Assembly: GCA_964276515.1 (NCBI GenBank)
Contig: OZ193910.1
Coordinates: 5,828,001-5,892,000 of the forward strand
Reading direction: 5' to 3'
From: Gordius albopunctatus
Taxonomy: Eukaryota
Length of the DNA stretch: 64,000 nucleotides
Positions 1 to 12,222 of the stretch are shown here, one piece after another (within the stretch, counting starts at the first letter, position 1; every line of letters begins with the position of its first letter). Under the pieces are notes generated by a model, which made no database searches, was not told the DNA's origin, and worked only from the letters and a program-made list of their open reading frames with translations. Made by a program: the position numbers and the translations under genes.

Positions 1-1082
1 TAGGATTAAGAAGATAAGGTTTTAAACTGTAAATTGCCTTATTTAAATTTATGACAGAAATCATTATAATAAAATTTATATTCCAAATAATTACCTTACA
101 ATTCCAACTAACTTTGCCATTAAATAGTTATTTATCGAATACAGTATAGGTTCGTGTATTTATTTTATATTTCACAATTATGGAAATATAATAAATGTAA
201 ATGCACCTGCCAACCCAGCGTATAATGTGAAAAGTAATGCATATAACAAAACTATGTATTCACATAATGTCTTATTAAAATTCAAAAAATTGGGAGGTAT
301 ACTATTAGTTGAAGCATAAAAACTTTAAAAAAATATTTAATCTATTACGGTATCATTTAATACTCTATTGTACTTTTGAAATCGTTAGGCGGGTGCTCAA
401 AAATCTACACCCACTTATTCAAACTGATTGACTACCAATTTATAATTACCGCATTATGCAGGATGAGTAACTGCAAAATATAAATATGCTTTAGTAATAT
501 TTACTATTCCATTAGAACTCATTCTAAGCCTAAAATTTCTTTAATATTTAATAGTGCTATGGATACAAATAGGTGATAAAGATATTATAAAATTATTAAC
601 ATACCCTATGGATCAACCTTACGGGACCGAGATTTTTCTCGTTTTTTTCGCATCACTAACCATGGGCCAATGACAAAAAAATAATTCAATACAAAAACCT
701 TTAGAAATTAAAAAAATTTATGTTTTGCCCCCCCCCCAATCCAAAACCTGGTTACGCTCATGGATAGTACAAAATAAGGGCTGAAATAAAGAAAATACTC
801 AATTTTTTATGGTATATTGTGACTAATATTTGTAAAAATTATAAAAACGTCAACAAAACTGTAATATTATCCCCTATTTTTTTCAAGTAATATTCAATAA
901 CCAAAGACATGTAAATGTCGCAATAATATATATATTGATAGATAAGCAAGCTCTAGGCAAACTCATTGAGTCATATAGAAACATATAAATTCAGGATCAT
1001 TAAATGTTTACTAAACTATAATATTTTGTATTGCGGATGTGATAGCATGTATTAAAATACGTATATTACCAATGATACATAA

Positions 1083-2960
1083 TTCGGACGCGAACTCCTC
1101 GCAATATACTTAGCGATCAAACATTTTAGACATATTTTAGAAGGACGCGTTTTTATAATATACACCGATCATAAACCACTGATTTATGCGTTTGACGCGA
1201 AACCTGATCGTTATTCCGCCCGAGAAACGCGACATCTGGATTTAATATATCAATTTTCTACCGATATACGATATATTAAAGGAGAAAGCAATACGATAGC
1301 TGACACTTTATCTCGTATCGAGGTAGATTCAATCCAACTTTCAAAGATGCCGGACATTGTGGATCTCGCGTCAAATCAAAACATTACAGAAATACAAAAG
1401 AGTCTACAAAATACTTCATTCAATTTACATAAAATGCCTATCCCCGCTTCTGATAAACGAGTCCTTTGCGACGTTAAGACTGGCAAGCCAAGACCAGTTA
1501 TACCCTGGCAACTTCGCCGAAAAATATTCGACCATTTTCATGGAATTTCACACCCTGGCATTCGTGCAAAAAGTAAAATGATTTCGAAATTATATGTTTG
1601 GCCTTCTATGAATCAAGACATCAAGAAATGGGCCAAATGCTGTTTAAATTGCCAGAAAAATAAAGTTTACAGACACACTGTAACGACACCGGGTACTTTC
1701 GCAGAACCTGATGCACGATTTTCTCATATACATATCGATATAGTAGGACCTCTACCTCCATCTAATGTTTTTCCATATATTTTAACTGCAGCGGATTGTT
1801 TTTCGAGATGGCCCATGGCCGTTCCACTAAAACAAACGTCCACAGAGGAAATCGCCAGTAAACTAATCAAGAGATGGGTTGCTAATTATGGAGTCCCTAG
1901 TACGATCACTACAGATAGAGGCTCCCAATTCCAGTCTAACCTATTCAAAAAATTATCTAACATTCTAGGATGTGAGCACATTAACACCACAGCATACCAT
2001 CCATCAGCTAATGGACTAGTCGAACGATTTCATAAACAACTTAAAGCTTTTTTAAAAGCCATGGGGCAGATTAAATGGGACGAAGCCCTAACATTGGTAC
2101 TGCTTGGTATACGTTCTACAATTCAAGAAGATATGGGTTTGACAGCAGCAGAAATGATTTATGCAACTAATCTACGACTCCCCGGAGAATATTTTTCACA
2201 ACTTGAATCCCTCCAACCCTCGAAGATACAGGTACATCAGTTCGTAGAGATACTTAAACAAATAATCAAAAAAATCTCATACCCTATACCTTACGGCACG
2301 AAACAACTAAAGAACAAATTAGCCGCGATGTGTTTGAAACATCCCAAGTCTTCGTGAGAAACGATGCGGTACGAAAATCACTCTCTGCACCTTACGACGG
2401 CCTCTACAAAGTTTTGAAACGTGAGCCCAAGTATTTTATCATCAAGAAGAATGGCAAGAAAGATTCGGTTTCGATAGACCGTCTAAAACCAAGCTATTTT
2501 AATACAGATGAGCCACTCCTCTCTGGCAACAACAAAACACAAAAACCATCAACAGATGGAGCCGAAGAGGTTAAAGAACCAAAGATAGTGACACGAAAGG
2601 GTAGACATGTTCATTGGCCAAAGAAAATTTGCGAATATTTCACATAATTCACATTTTTCCCCCTTTTAATCGACACATATTTGTATGTATCTGGGAAGGG
2701 AGTATCTGTAGTGACGGAAGTCAATGACGTCAATCAATATTACTTCTGGGAAACTTAATTCTATTTCCCAGAAAATAATCGATCTTCATGGAAACTCATC
2801 GATTAGTCTAGATCTTCCAAGAATATTATCGATTTTCCAATAATAATGATTATGTATTTTCCCAAAGATTTATAAAGCGATCAGTCGTGTAATTATAATT
2901 ATTCCCCAGTTTTATATATTCGTCGAGAAATAAAGTTATTTGTAACTGCGTATAAGTTAT
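1083..2960 (+). mobile_element. Ty3/Gypsy LTR retrotransposon, 5'-truncated (RNase H end, integrase, PPT, 3' LTR)
   Basis: The frame from 1083 reads FGRELLAIYLAIKHFRHILEG..YTDHKPL..ADTLSR (RNase H) and continues into ORF 1347-2357 (HHCC zinc finger; HIDIVGP, TDRGSQF, NGLVERF catalytic core). A frameshifted GPY/F tail follows at 2330-2647. PPT GGGAAGGGAG at 2693-2702 precedes an LTR starting TGTAG at 2707. The LTR 3' end is approximate. Confidence 0.92.
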
Positions 2961-2977
2961 TAAAGTATAAGTAATTT

Positions 2978-3169
2978 TTAAGATCTGTAGTACACAGCAA
3001 AATGATATGTTTATATAGATATTTAGGGTTAGAAACTAAGTTATTTTCAAATTTCCCAAAATGTGTACAGAATAATTATTTAAGTTTAAGATTTGTAATA
3101 CATAGCAAAATAATATATTTGTATAGATTTTTAGGGTTAAAAACTAAGTTATTTTCAATTATCCCAAAA
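2978..3169. repeat. Two-copy tandem duplication (~108-bp period) just upstream of the HIRIP3-like ATG
   Basis: ttaagat.tgta.taca.agcaaaat.atat.ttt.tataga..tttagggtta.aaactaagttattttcaa.t.tcccaaaa occurs at ~2978-3061 and ~3086-3169. Confidence 0.75.
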
Positions 3170-3237
3170 GTCAGATCGCTTATACAGTACAGGAATTTGG
3201 ATCGTGTAACAATGGCTGAGTAGAAGCGGTGGAAAAT

Positions 3238-5218
3238 ATGGAATCAAAATCGTTTATTGATGATTCAATATCTTCTTTATCTTCTGATGATGTTCCATTG
3301 TCTAATTTCAATAAAGATGTTGAAAAGTAAATCTACATCAAATTCTGTAATTTTTGTAGAATTTTTACAGAAGAACATAGAAGTGAAGCGTTGAACCCAA
3401 ATTCCTCACCCAATCCCATAGACAACTTAGCTTTAGATAAAAATTCAAATGTCAAGCCAGATAGTGTGGATTCCGATACTTCGTTAGAATGCGATGTTAC
3501 CACTAAATTAAATTCACATCCCATTCATAAAGTATTTATATTTACATAATGTAAATGTTTTTAGAAAAAGAGCACTAAAACAAGTTCGTTAGATAGATGG
3601 AAAAAATACATATCATTATGTGGTATTAGAAAAAATTATAAATCATTTTTTATGGATTGCAAATCTGATGAACAAAAAGTAGCAAAGGCCAAGCTTTTAT
3701 TAAAAGACACATTTAGAGAAGTTAAAATGGAAAATTGTAAATTATTGAAGCTAAAGACTTGTATGTTATTTTAAGCTCCTATTTCTATTGAAAATTGTAA
3801 AAAGGTTAAAAGAAAGCGTGATGAAGCTCTAGAAGTTTCAGAGCTTGATATGTGTAATATTATTGAGAACCCAGGTAAATTGCTAGGCTAATGTGATTTA
3901 CCTAAAATACATATGTAATATATTATGCTTGGAATAATTTATATTATATTAAAATAATTTTATATATTTTAAAATTCAGAAGTTATCTTTTTTATTGTCT
4001 ATTTTTCCCCACAGTTGTGGAATTAGTAAAATTTAGTAGTGCAAATATTTAAAAAAAACTAATTTATGCTATAAATTTCTAGTGATGTTTTTGATATGAC
4101 AATTTTATAGTTTGTATTTTGTGGTGATCGAAGCCAAAAGTTTTTATTAACTATTTTGAGCTAAATAATTTATGCTACTCCTAATGTTTGTCATATTTTT
4201 GCATTATACTGTTTTTAAAAAGTAGAAAGGTATTCACTTTTAGAAATTTTAAATATACAGTTTTTGTTAATTATTTTCAAGTAATAAGTAGCAATAGGTT
4301 ATTTTTTTAACACGGCAATTTATTTTTAAGTGTTTTACTACAAAACATAGTATTCAATTATAACTCATATATGACCTGAGAATTAATCTATTTGAGCAGA
4401 CCACTTTTCCTTATAATTAGATGGATTAAAAATAGTTTTAGTTTGTTGGTGTTGACTAAAATAATGAAAATACTATATTTTTTTAACACCATCAACAATT
4501 CCCAAAAATATATCTATGGAAAACATTCATTATGAGGGTATTGGGCCATTCCATGTCGATTTGTCAAAAAAGACGTTTTTCGACCGACCGATCAGGATAA
4601 TTTTTGGCGAGGGTGTAGGCTTCATTTATTAGAGTAATTTCTGAAAATTTTAGCCTTTTTGGGCCAGTACTTTTTAAGTTATGGACGTTTAAAGGGCCAG
4701 AATCACGTTTGGGAGCGTTCTATGGATTTTACTATTTTTGTCATATTTTTAAAAGTAATGGCGCTATTCAATCAAATTTTGGTGCATTTTGTTCCTAAAA
4801 AATCTCTATCGAAATAGCTTAGCAAAAAACCCCAAACTTTTGCGGTTAATTTTTTGTGGTCAAATTAGTGCAAAATTATAAAAACTTATTTGTCCATAAT
4901 TTGAAATCACCAATTTCACAATGTGCACTCCTTTATGACCCATTATCATATTTCAATCATAAAAGTTTGGGAACGGCTAACTCAAACCAAAAAATAACTT
5001 CATTTGAATTTTCTTTTACAAATGTTAATTATATGTACTTATACGTAGTAGGGAAACGTTCTAGAAGGAAAAATGTATCAAGCCTATATGCAAAAGCAAC
5101 ATCTCCAAAGGCAGAGGAAACTGTAGAAAAAAAGAAGTTAGGCTCAATGCGAGAATCGGAAGATCATAAAGCAATATTCAAACGTATAAAATGTTTGGTC
5201 TCAGACGATTCCGAGTAG
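3238..5218 (+). CDS. HIRIP3: HIRA-interacting protein 3-like histone chaperone, 5 exons (3238-3326, 3360-3531, 3565-3736, 3776-3874, 5052-5218), ~232 aa
   Basis: GT-AG joins give one open frame: ...LDRWKKYISLCGIRKNYKSFFMDCKSDEQKVAKAKLLL...SPISIENCKKVKRKRDEALEVSELDMCNIIENPGKRSRR...FKRIKCLVSDDSE*. This matches the remembered HIRIP3 C-terminal pattern (LKRYIRACG..RNYKKLL..C; C..LK..REEA.EVA.LD..NII..GR.RR; IISSDGES). The 5' end is uncertain. Confidence 0.75.
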
Positions 5219-6447
5219 ATTGCTGTTTTTAACATAACATATTTTAAATAATTTGTATAAATAAAAAATTTTGTGAATCGCCGATATTGTAGCTTAAACA
5301 TTGAAGGTGTTACGCCAAAAATGGATTCTGCTTAATTTTGTAATTAAGATTATCTTTTGAGTGACCATTATTTAAAATTTCAAAATGCTTTCGGGTCGGG
5401 TTCGAATTGATTTAAAAAATGTCGGTTCGTGTCATATATTATTAACTATATAGAAATATTTTACAAAATATACTGACCAAAACATTTTTGAACCAAATAT
5501 TACCCTTTGAAAATTGTGATTTAGTTTAGGACAAGAAGAGAAAGCTGCTTTTTTCTCTTGCCAAACACAAAGAACGTCTTACAGAGGCTTCAGCCCTTCT
5601 TGACGACCAAGAGCACTAAGTTTAAAAGAGAATAGGGGAGACCGGGGCTATACTTATCTTCTCAAATAATTTCCATGTTATTAATTTGTACCCACTCAAA
5701 TTTATATACAAAATGTACTTCATAAAGGCGCATTTCATTCTGTGTCTTTGTTGTAGTATACATTTTGGTTTATAATAGATCCAAATATGAGTCTGTCAAA
5801 ATTTATGATTGAACTCATCAGGGGCACATCTCTACATTATGCATTTGTTTACCACCTTATAATGGTAGGGTAGGCAGGTGCATTCTAATCTATTTAATGT
5901 TCCTTAAATGTTAAAATTTTCAAATCATTCATAAATATGAAACTAAGCTTTATTAATTAATAAAAATTTTATGGCAAAATTATTTTAAAAATGGTATAAG
6001 TAAATATTTTTGGACATTCTATAATATAGTTTTACACTATTACAGAATCGTTTACTTCTTGAATGTAACTGTATTTGTTATAAAATTATATACGTGCAAT
6101 TTATTGAAATCTGAAATTTTTTATGTTACTAATTTGGTAACAATGCTGATTTTTTTAGTTTTAATAGGATGTTATTTAAATACTCAGTAATAAATTTAAA
6201 AATGCTCAGTAAAATGTGCTCAGTATTATATTAATGTGCCCAGTTAAAATTTCAAAATTGCTCCGATTTAAATTCTTAATGCTCAGTATTTTTAATAAAA
6301 TTCTGAGTAATTTAAATTCATAATTTTCGATATTAATTTATTTTTCGCTTTTATTTTATAAATAAAAATTTTATTGGTATACAATTTTTGATTTTTTACT
6401 ATATTAATAAAAAAGTCTTTCTAAACAGTACTATGAGTGCATGGTTA

Positions 6448-7270
6448 CAGTGTTGTAAAAAAAGATAAGGTCTTTCTTAGACGACGTTTAAGCTTAGTTG
6501 AAATTTGAAAAACAGACCATATGTTGTGTTCTTGTAAAGTGAACCGTTCTGTCACAATTTTTAATAGACAAAAGGTTATTCTGATTATTAGTCGACCTTC
6601 GGTTTAGTTTAGGTGTTCTACGGTGGGTTTGACCAATAAAAATTTGATAATAGTTGCGTCACCAAGATAGGTTGACAAGTTAATCTTTAATATTTGCAAC
6701 ATTTTGTTAAGATAATTTATTTGGATCTATAAACGATAATTATGACAATTGTCACCAAGTAAGGTTGACAAATTTAATTTATTTAAAATAATCCTATGAC
6801 ACCTTAATACATCGATTTTCGTTTAAAGAATTGATCCACCTCTAGACAATTATGACAATTATCACCAACTTCTTTTAGTTTAAACTAATTTTTTGACACC
6901 TTAACATATCGATTTTTGTTTAAAGAAATTATTTAGCTATATAAAAGACAATTATGATACTTGTCACCAAGTTAGGTCGAAGATTTCCACTTGTAACAAC
7001 TTTGTTACACCCTAGCCCATTAATTTTCGTTTAAAGAATTTTTATTTAGCTTTGTAAACGACAATTATGTCAATTTTCACCAAGTTAGATTAACAAATTT
7101 AAGTTTCCTACCTGGGAAAACTTTGTAACCCCCTAACCCACCAATTTTCGTTTAAAGAATATTTAGTTCTACAACGACAATTATGACAACTGGCACCGAA
7201 ATACACAAAAATAACTTATGTCCTTTTTATTAATCGAACAATTAAGGTGAACTAAACAAAACCCTTGTAT
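6448..7270. mobile_element. hAT-type non-autonomous element of the (T/C)AGTGTTGTAAAAA TIR family, with ~115-bp internal tandem repeats
   Basis: It starts cagtgttgtaaaaa and has gacaattatgacaattgtcaccaag repeated about every 115-120 bp (6735-7195). The same motifs occur in reverse at ~19990-20648, which ends tttttacaacacta. Confidence 0.55.
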
Positions 7271-7282
7271 TTTTACCACATA

Positions 7283-7619
7283 CAGTCAAAACCGTTTAAT
7301 TGCAAAGCCTTGGGCATCAAAAAAAAATTCGCTATTAACCGATATTTCGCGATTAAACGATGGAAAAAGAGAAAATATATAAAGACCTATAGTAAATATT
7401 CATTTCCTACGCTTCGCAATAAAACGATATTTTATATAATTGTATGGTTGATTTAAGCACTCGAAAATGTTTGTGAATATCCGATATTGTACTATTAAGC
7501 GATTTGTCAATAAACGATGTTTTTGTAAATATTATCGTTTGAAAAAAACAAAATGGCGGTTAACTTTGCAATTAAAAGATTTCGCGATAATCCGATTTGC
7601 GATTAAGAAGTTTCGACTG
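7283..7619. mobile_element. Tc1/mariner(pogo)-type MITE
   Basis: TIRs CAGTCAAAACCGTTTAATTGCAAA / CAGTCGAAACTTCTTAATCGCAAA, flanked by TA on both sides. A second copy lies in reverse orientation at ~51647-52353. Confidence 0.85.
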
Positions 7620-9147
7620 TAACACTTAAGATTTCTATGAATTAACATTGCTGGTTAAAATACCCCTTGAATGCTTATTTTATTTTGAAATCAAGTTTCA
7701 ATTACTGAGCAAAAATTTACATACCAACATTGAAATAAAAAACTGAACAAGTGAAATAAATACTGAGAAAATAATAATTAAACTACTGAACATTAAATTA
7801 TATACTGAGAATTTGAATATTTTAATGAGCGTTTAATTATTCTATTGAGCAAAAATTGAATTAAATACTGAATACAAAAATTTATTCTCATTTTTTTATA
7901 AATTTATATAATCTGTGCAACTAATTATAATTATCATTATATTAATCAAAAAAATATTGTTAAATTGTTATAATTACTGATTTCATCATATAAGTGTAAA
8001 ATATTAATTCCAGGAAAATAATTATAAATGATTTTGTTTTCAAGCTTATAAATATAGGGCGACCGAGCGAAAATAAAATTTTGATTTAAATTTCATTCAT
8101 CTGAATAATATATAAATTATTATAAGGTAATAGCAGAGAACGATATGCTAACTACGGTTGATTTAAAATTATTACATAGCGGGGTGAATAGGAGTCCCCC
8201 AGCGTATGATATATGCGATGCGACGCTTAAAAAACTATACTTAAAATTGTTTTTGCGGGAAAAAATTTGTAGATTTTATTTTAGTATAAAATTAATAAAA
8301 AATCTTGAATTTCACGTTTTTCCAACGAGGTATTTTATGTTCAAGTTTTAATGGGTTATTGGCACTAAAAAATAAAAACCTTAGATATTTTTACTTGAAT
8401 CGTTTACTCGGTAGGGAACATTTATAGAAAATAATTTTTAACCTATCTCTAAATTTATTCTCATCCTAATAGCCTTGTAGCGATCGCATGGTCATTCGCG
8501 ATATTGTCGTATTTCAATCTACATAGCCGATAAAAAATCAAAAATGAAATATTAATTGCATTTCTTTATAAAACTCGTGGAAACATAAAGTTTTTTTTGT
8601 ATTATTATGTTCATCATAAATAGGATAAAAACTAGAATTATAAGTTGTTAATTTTTGGCATGGCAAGTAAAAATTTTAAAATGCATATAAAATCAAAAAT
8701 TGGAGTAAGATTTCAATCTTAACTTAAATTGAACCTATATATTTTTGTCAGCATACTTTAAACTTGATTCGTTTAATCCATAAAGGCAAAATGTATGAAC
8801 AATCTATTTCCAAAATTGAAATTTTTTTCTTATCAATAACAATAAGAAAACTAATAGACAAAACTGATGAGAAAATGGCTTTACGTCGCTTTTAAGCTCA
8901 ATAATGTGCATAAATTCAAAAATATATGCGTAGAGAGGCACACATATTACTTCCAATGATTTTAGATCCAACTATTATAATTCAGATTTCAACCCCTCCA
9001 GTCACAAATTTAAATTATGTCAAACTTAATTTAAAGGGTTGTTTGTGCCATGCCATATTGGAACTTGGTTGCAATTAATGTGCCTAGAGGGCTTCCTTTT
9101 AACTATAGCGTTAAAAATATAATTTAAGCCAAAACGTTCATTACAAA

Positions 9148-10343
9148 ATGTTTTTAATACTTTTATCAATTTTTCTAAGTAATATTTGCTTAGTCGAGAG
9201 TCAAAGAGAAGTGGTAGTTAAAGATCTTGGGACGTTAGATGGATCTCAAATATGGCCAATGGAGACCGATAGTAATACTGTGGGAGTTGCGTCGTTCAGA
9301 ACGCGAGGTTCCCATTCTCCAGGATGTAGACCTTATGGGCGGTGATTTTGTCTATTTTTAACTTTATTAAATTTCTCAAACTGCTTTGAATTTATAACAA
9401 CACTTTATATCTCGTTTATAATTCATGTGCAATAGCCTGCCTAGGCTTCCGTCACTCCGGGGTTATCATTATGGATGCGAAAGGTATTTAGATATATAAA
9501 ATCAAAAATATAAGATTTTTAAAGAATACGGGGTAATTGTGAAAAAAGGACGATCCCTTTGGAATGCTACATCCACCGAACCCTGGGTCAAATGCATGTC
9601 ATTGCGCCTAAAAATATTCGATATCCTATATGCGAGTAAATAATAAAAAAATTTATGATTTTTTAACTTTGTTAATAAGATGGTAATAATTTATTAGAGA
9701 ATACTTGATATTAATTAATCTAGAAGAATATTATACAAAATAAGCATTGAGTAATTATTAAAATCTAGAGACAGAGGAACATGCTGCCATCATCGAAACG
9801 AGAGAGGACGATGTCACAAGAGAAAATGTATGACGCGGGTTTTATTATACAAAGCTGGGCTATTTTACCGCTGTGAAATCGATATACCACAATGTGTTTG
9901 TAAGGTAAGCTCAGGCGAGTGAAAATATTTTAAAATTATTAGTATATTTGCAAAAATTATATGTAGTTGAATTAGGAGCTTAACGACACTTACTCGTATG
10001 AGAAGAGTGAATTATATTAGATAAAATCTAAACTGAATGTAAAATTAAAAGCTCATTTTATTCACAAATGAATCTCCCACGTAAAAAATGTAAGGCTATC
10101 TTTTAAATTAAAACTCATGTAAATCATATTCATTATTGAAAGAGATCATCCAGAAGATGCATATCCTTAAAGCCGACGTGGCCTTGCAGGAGTGGAAATT
10201 GTGAAAGAGTCGGTGGCTATGATGATAATTATTATAATGGGGGACGCGATTATAACGATGAAGATGATGATTATGACAATAACTATATCACTGGCAGAAA
10301 TCGAGGTTTGAGGAGACCTTACGTCTTGAGTTATGGAGAATAA
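9148..10343 (+). CDS. Secreted cysteine-rich protein of unknown family, 5 exons (9148-9341, 9436-9483, 9525-9635, 9769-9904, 10143-10343), ~229 aa
   Basis: Hydrophobic signal peptide MFLILLSIFLSNICLVES. Four GT-AG introns with consistent phases give 690 nt of uninterrupted frame. The mature part has 15 Cys and an Asp/Asn/Tyr-rich tail. Exons are GC-richer than the flanks. Confidence 0.72.
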
Positions 10344-10798
10344 CAGAGTCCAGCACATATAAATTATCGATATAAATTTTAGATATATATACTAATAAAT
10401 TTATTTCTCTTAATATCCCATTCAAAAGTCGTCGTCTACTCGGGAAAAAGTACCTAAACGTGTTTATTTTTAAAAGCTTTTAATTACATATGGTAAAACA
10501 TTGTTACTATCTAAATATATTCAGCTTTCATTATGTGGAGTTAGTTCTCACAATTTATCATAACTAGGAATTAAGTAATAAGAATTATATTAACTCATTG
10601 GATTTGTCTAAAGATAATTGTAGTTCCCCCAAATATGGCTTTATTTTAAACATTAAGACAATGTTTAATAACATCACTCATAATGATCAATGTTCAAAAC
10701 TGTAAAATAGAAAAAATTTAATTACACGTTGGGTGGAAGCACTAAAATCCTTGTTAGTATCTAGCTATAGTAAAAGTAATAATTGTAATGTTTAAAGG

Positions 10799-12222
10799 CA
10801 GGCGCGTAGCCAGGATTTTCTCAAGGGGTCAGAAAAATTCAAAAAAATTTTCGACACTTTTATTTTTAATATAACAAAAATAAACTTCGCGTACAATATA
10901 GGCGAAACTTTGGAAAAATCCTTTCTTCGTTAATCAGAGCATTTACTATCGCTTTTATACCTTAAAAAGGACATCGACCTTATGCATTTATTCAACTGGC
11001 AGAAAATATTATCATTTAGGTTAAATTAAAAAATGGCGGAAACCAAAGCAAAATTATACAGTCACTCAATCTGTTTAATTGAAATTCTTTGGATTACAGC
11101 TAAATGGACGGTGTTTAGAAAAAAAAACAAGTTTTAGCTAATTTCCAAATACTCTTTATACAAAATTCAATTTTATCTGAAACAGAAAGGAATTCCCTAG
11201 CCCAATTTTATTCAAATTAATCAATTCAAACTGAAGGTACATCGCGATGTCCATGTTATGGGTCTATAAAATGATGTTTATTTTTCTTTTACCCTGCGAT
11301 ATTTTATCAAGAATCTCATCTGAAATGGGAGCTAATTCCCGATGAATTGTTAACAAAGCTAATCCATTTAATTGATTTGTGGCCATAATATTTCTTAAAT
11401 ACGTTTTCAACCTTCTGAGCGTCCAACAACTTCGCTCATTAGGGCATGTGGTTATAGGGAGACAAGCCAGTATGTATAAAAGTGTGGTAACATTTGGTAA
11501 TGAATTTAATATAGTCTTAAATGTAGAGAGTGCGTTCAGGGCATTTTTGGGACGAGATGCCTCTGGCGTTTGGGACATTAACTCTAAAAATAAACTAAAA
11601 AAGATAAAATTTTACTTAATTTAATTGCGGGCACTCCTGAAAGGGGTTGTTATTATCTTCTAAAGTATATACATATACCGTTTGACTTTAGAATAGTTGA
11701 GGCATTTTCATCAATATTATTGTTTAAAACAATAGGTGTGAGTGTTTCAATTGAATCTTCATCATTGGACAAATTTAAATCCTCTAGAAAATTTTAAAAT
11801 TGGCAATGTAATCACAATATTTATAACAATTAATATATATAAGAAATCAATACTATATAAACATAAAATAAAAGCCTAAGTCACTTACTGGAAATACCAG
11901 GGTTTGGTATTCTAAGGGAGAAAATTTTTTGTATAGAATTCTTCATAATTTACAACTCTTCGCGGCAATCATACATACATACAATTTACAATCAATGGTG
12001 GAAAATTATAATGTTGGGTGCAAGTCGAAAATTAAATTCTAAAAATTGAATGTATATATTATGTTTCCAGACTTTTATACACGTGTCTCAAAATCTTTTA
12101 TGCAACTAAACTAAACTATAATATTTTAACCCATTTAATCTAATTATTAAACAAAAAAATTGTCAAGTTTTGGTCAAGGGGCCAGAAACGTCCCACTTTC
12201 TGGCCCCTTGGCTACGCGCCTG
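10799..12222 (-). mobile_element. Internally deleted hAT transposon with transposase C-terminal (dimerization) remnant
   Basis: TIRs CAGGCGCGTAGCCA...TGGCTACGCGCCTG and a perfect 8-bp TSD TTTAAAGG (10791-10798, 12223-12230). ORF 11264-11578 has LPITTCPNERS..TLRRLKTYLRN.M...LNGLALL.IHRE, the ZMYM1/P52rIPK-like hAT dimerization signature. Confidence 0.9.

Larger units (their letters stand above)
6170..7880. repeat. Degenerate fold-back element: (tgctcagta)-type motifs on the left arm, (tactgagca) on the right arm, with nested MITEs
   Basis: ctcagta motifs cluster at 6180-6310 and reverse-complement tactga(g/a) motifs cluster at 7700-7875. Termini are not resolved. Confidence 0.4.

Noticed and set aside
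178..475. Possible last exons of a minus-strand membrane protein (…LLYALLFTLYAGLAGAFTFIIFP*)
   Set aside because: The putative upstream exon has stops in all three frames, so no consistent model could be built.
10200..10343. Functional link between the Tyr/Asp-rich tails of the secreted protein and the cadherin
   Set aside because: The similarity is only compositional, the genes are ~43 kb apart, and the tails would be on opposite sides of the membrane.
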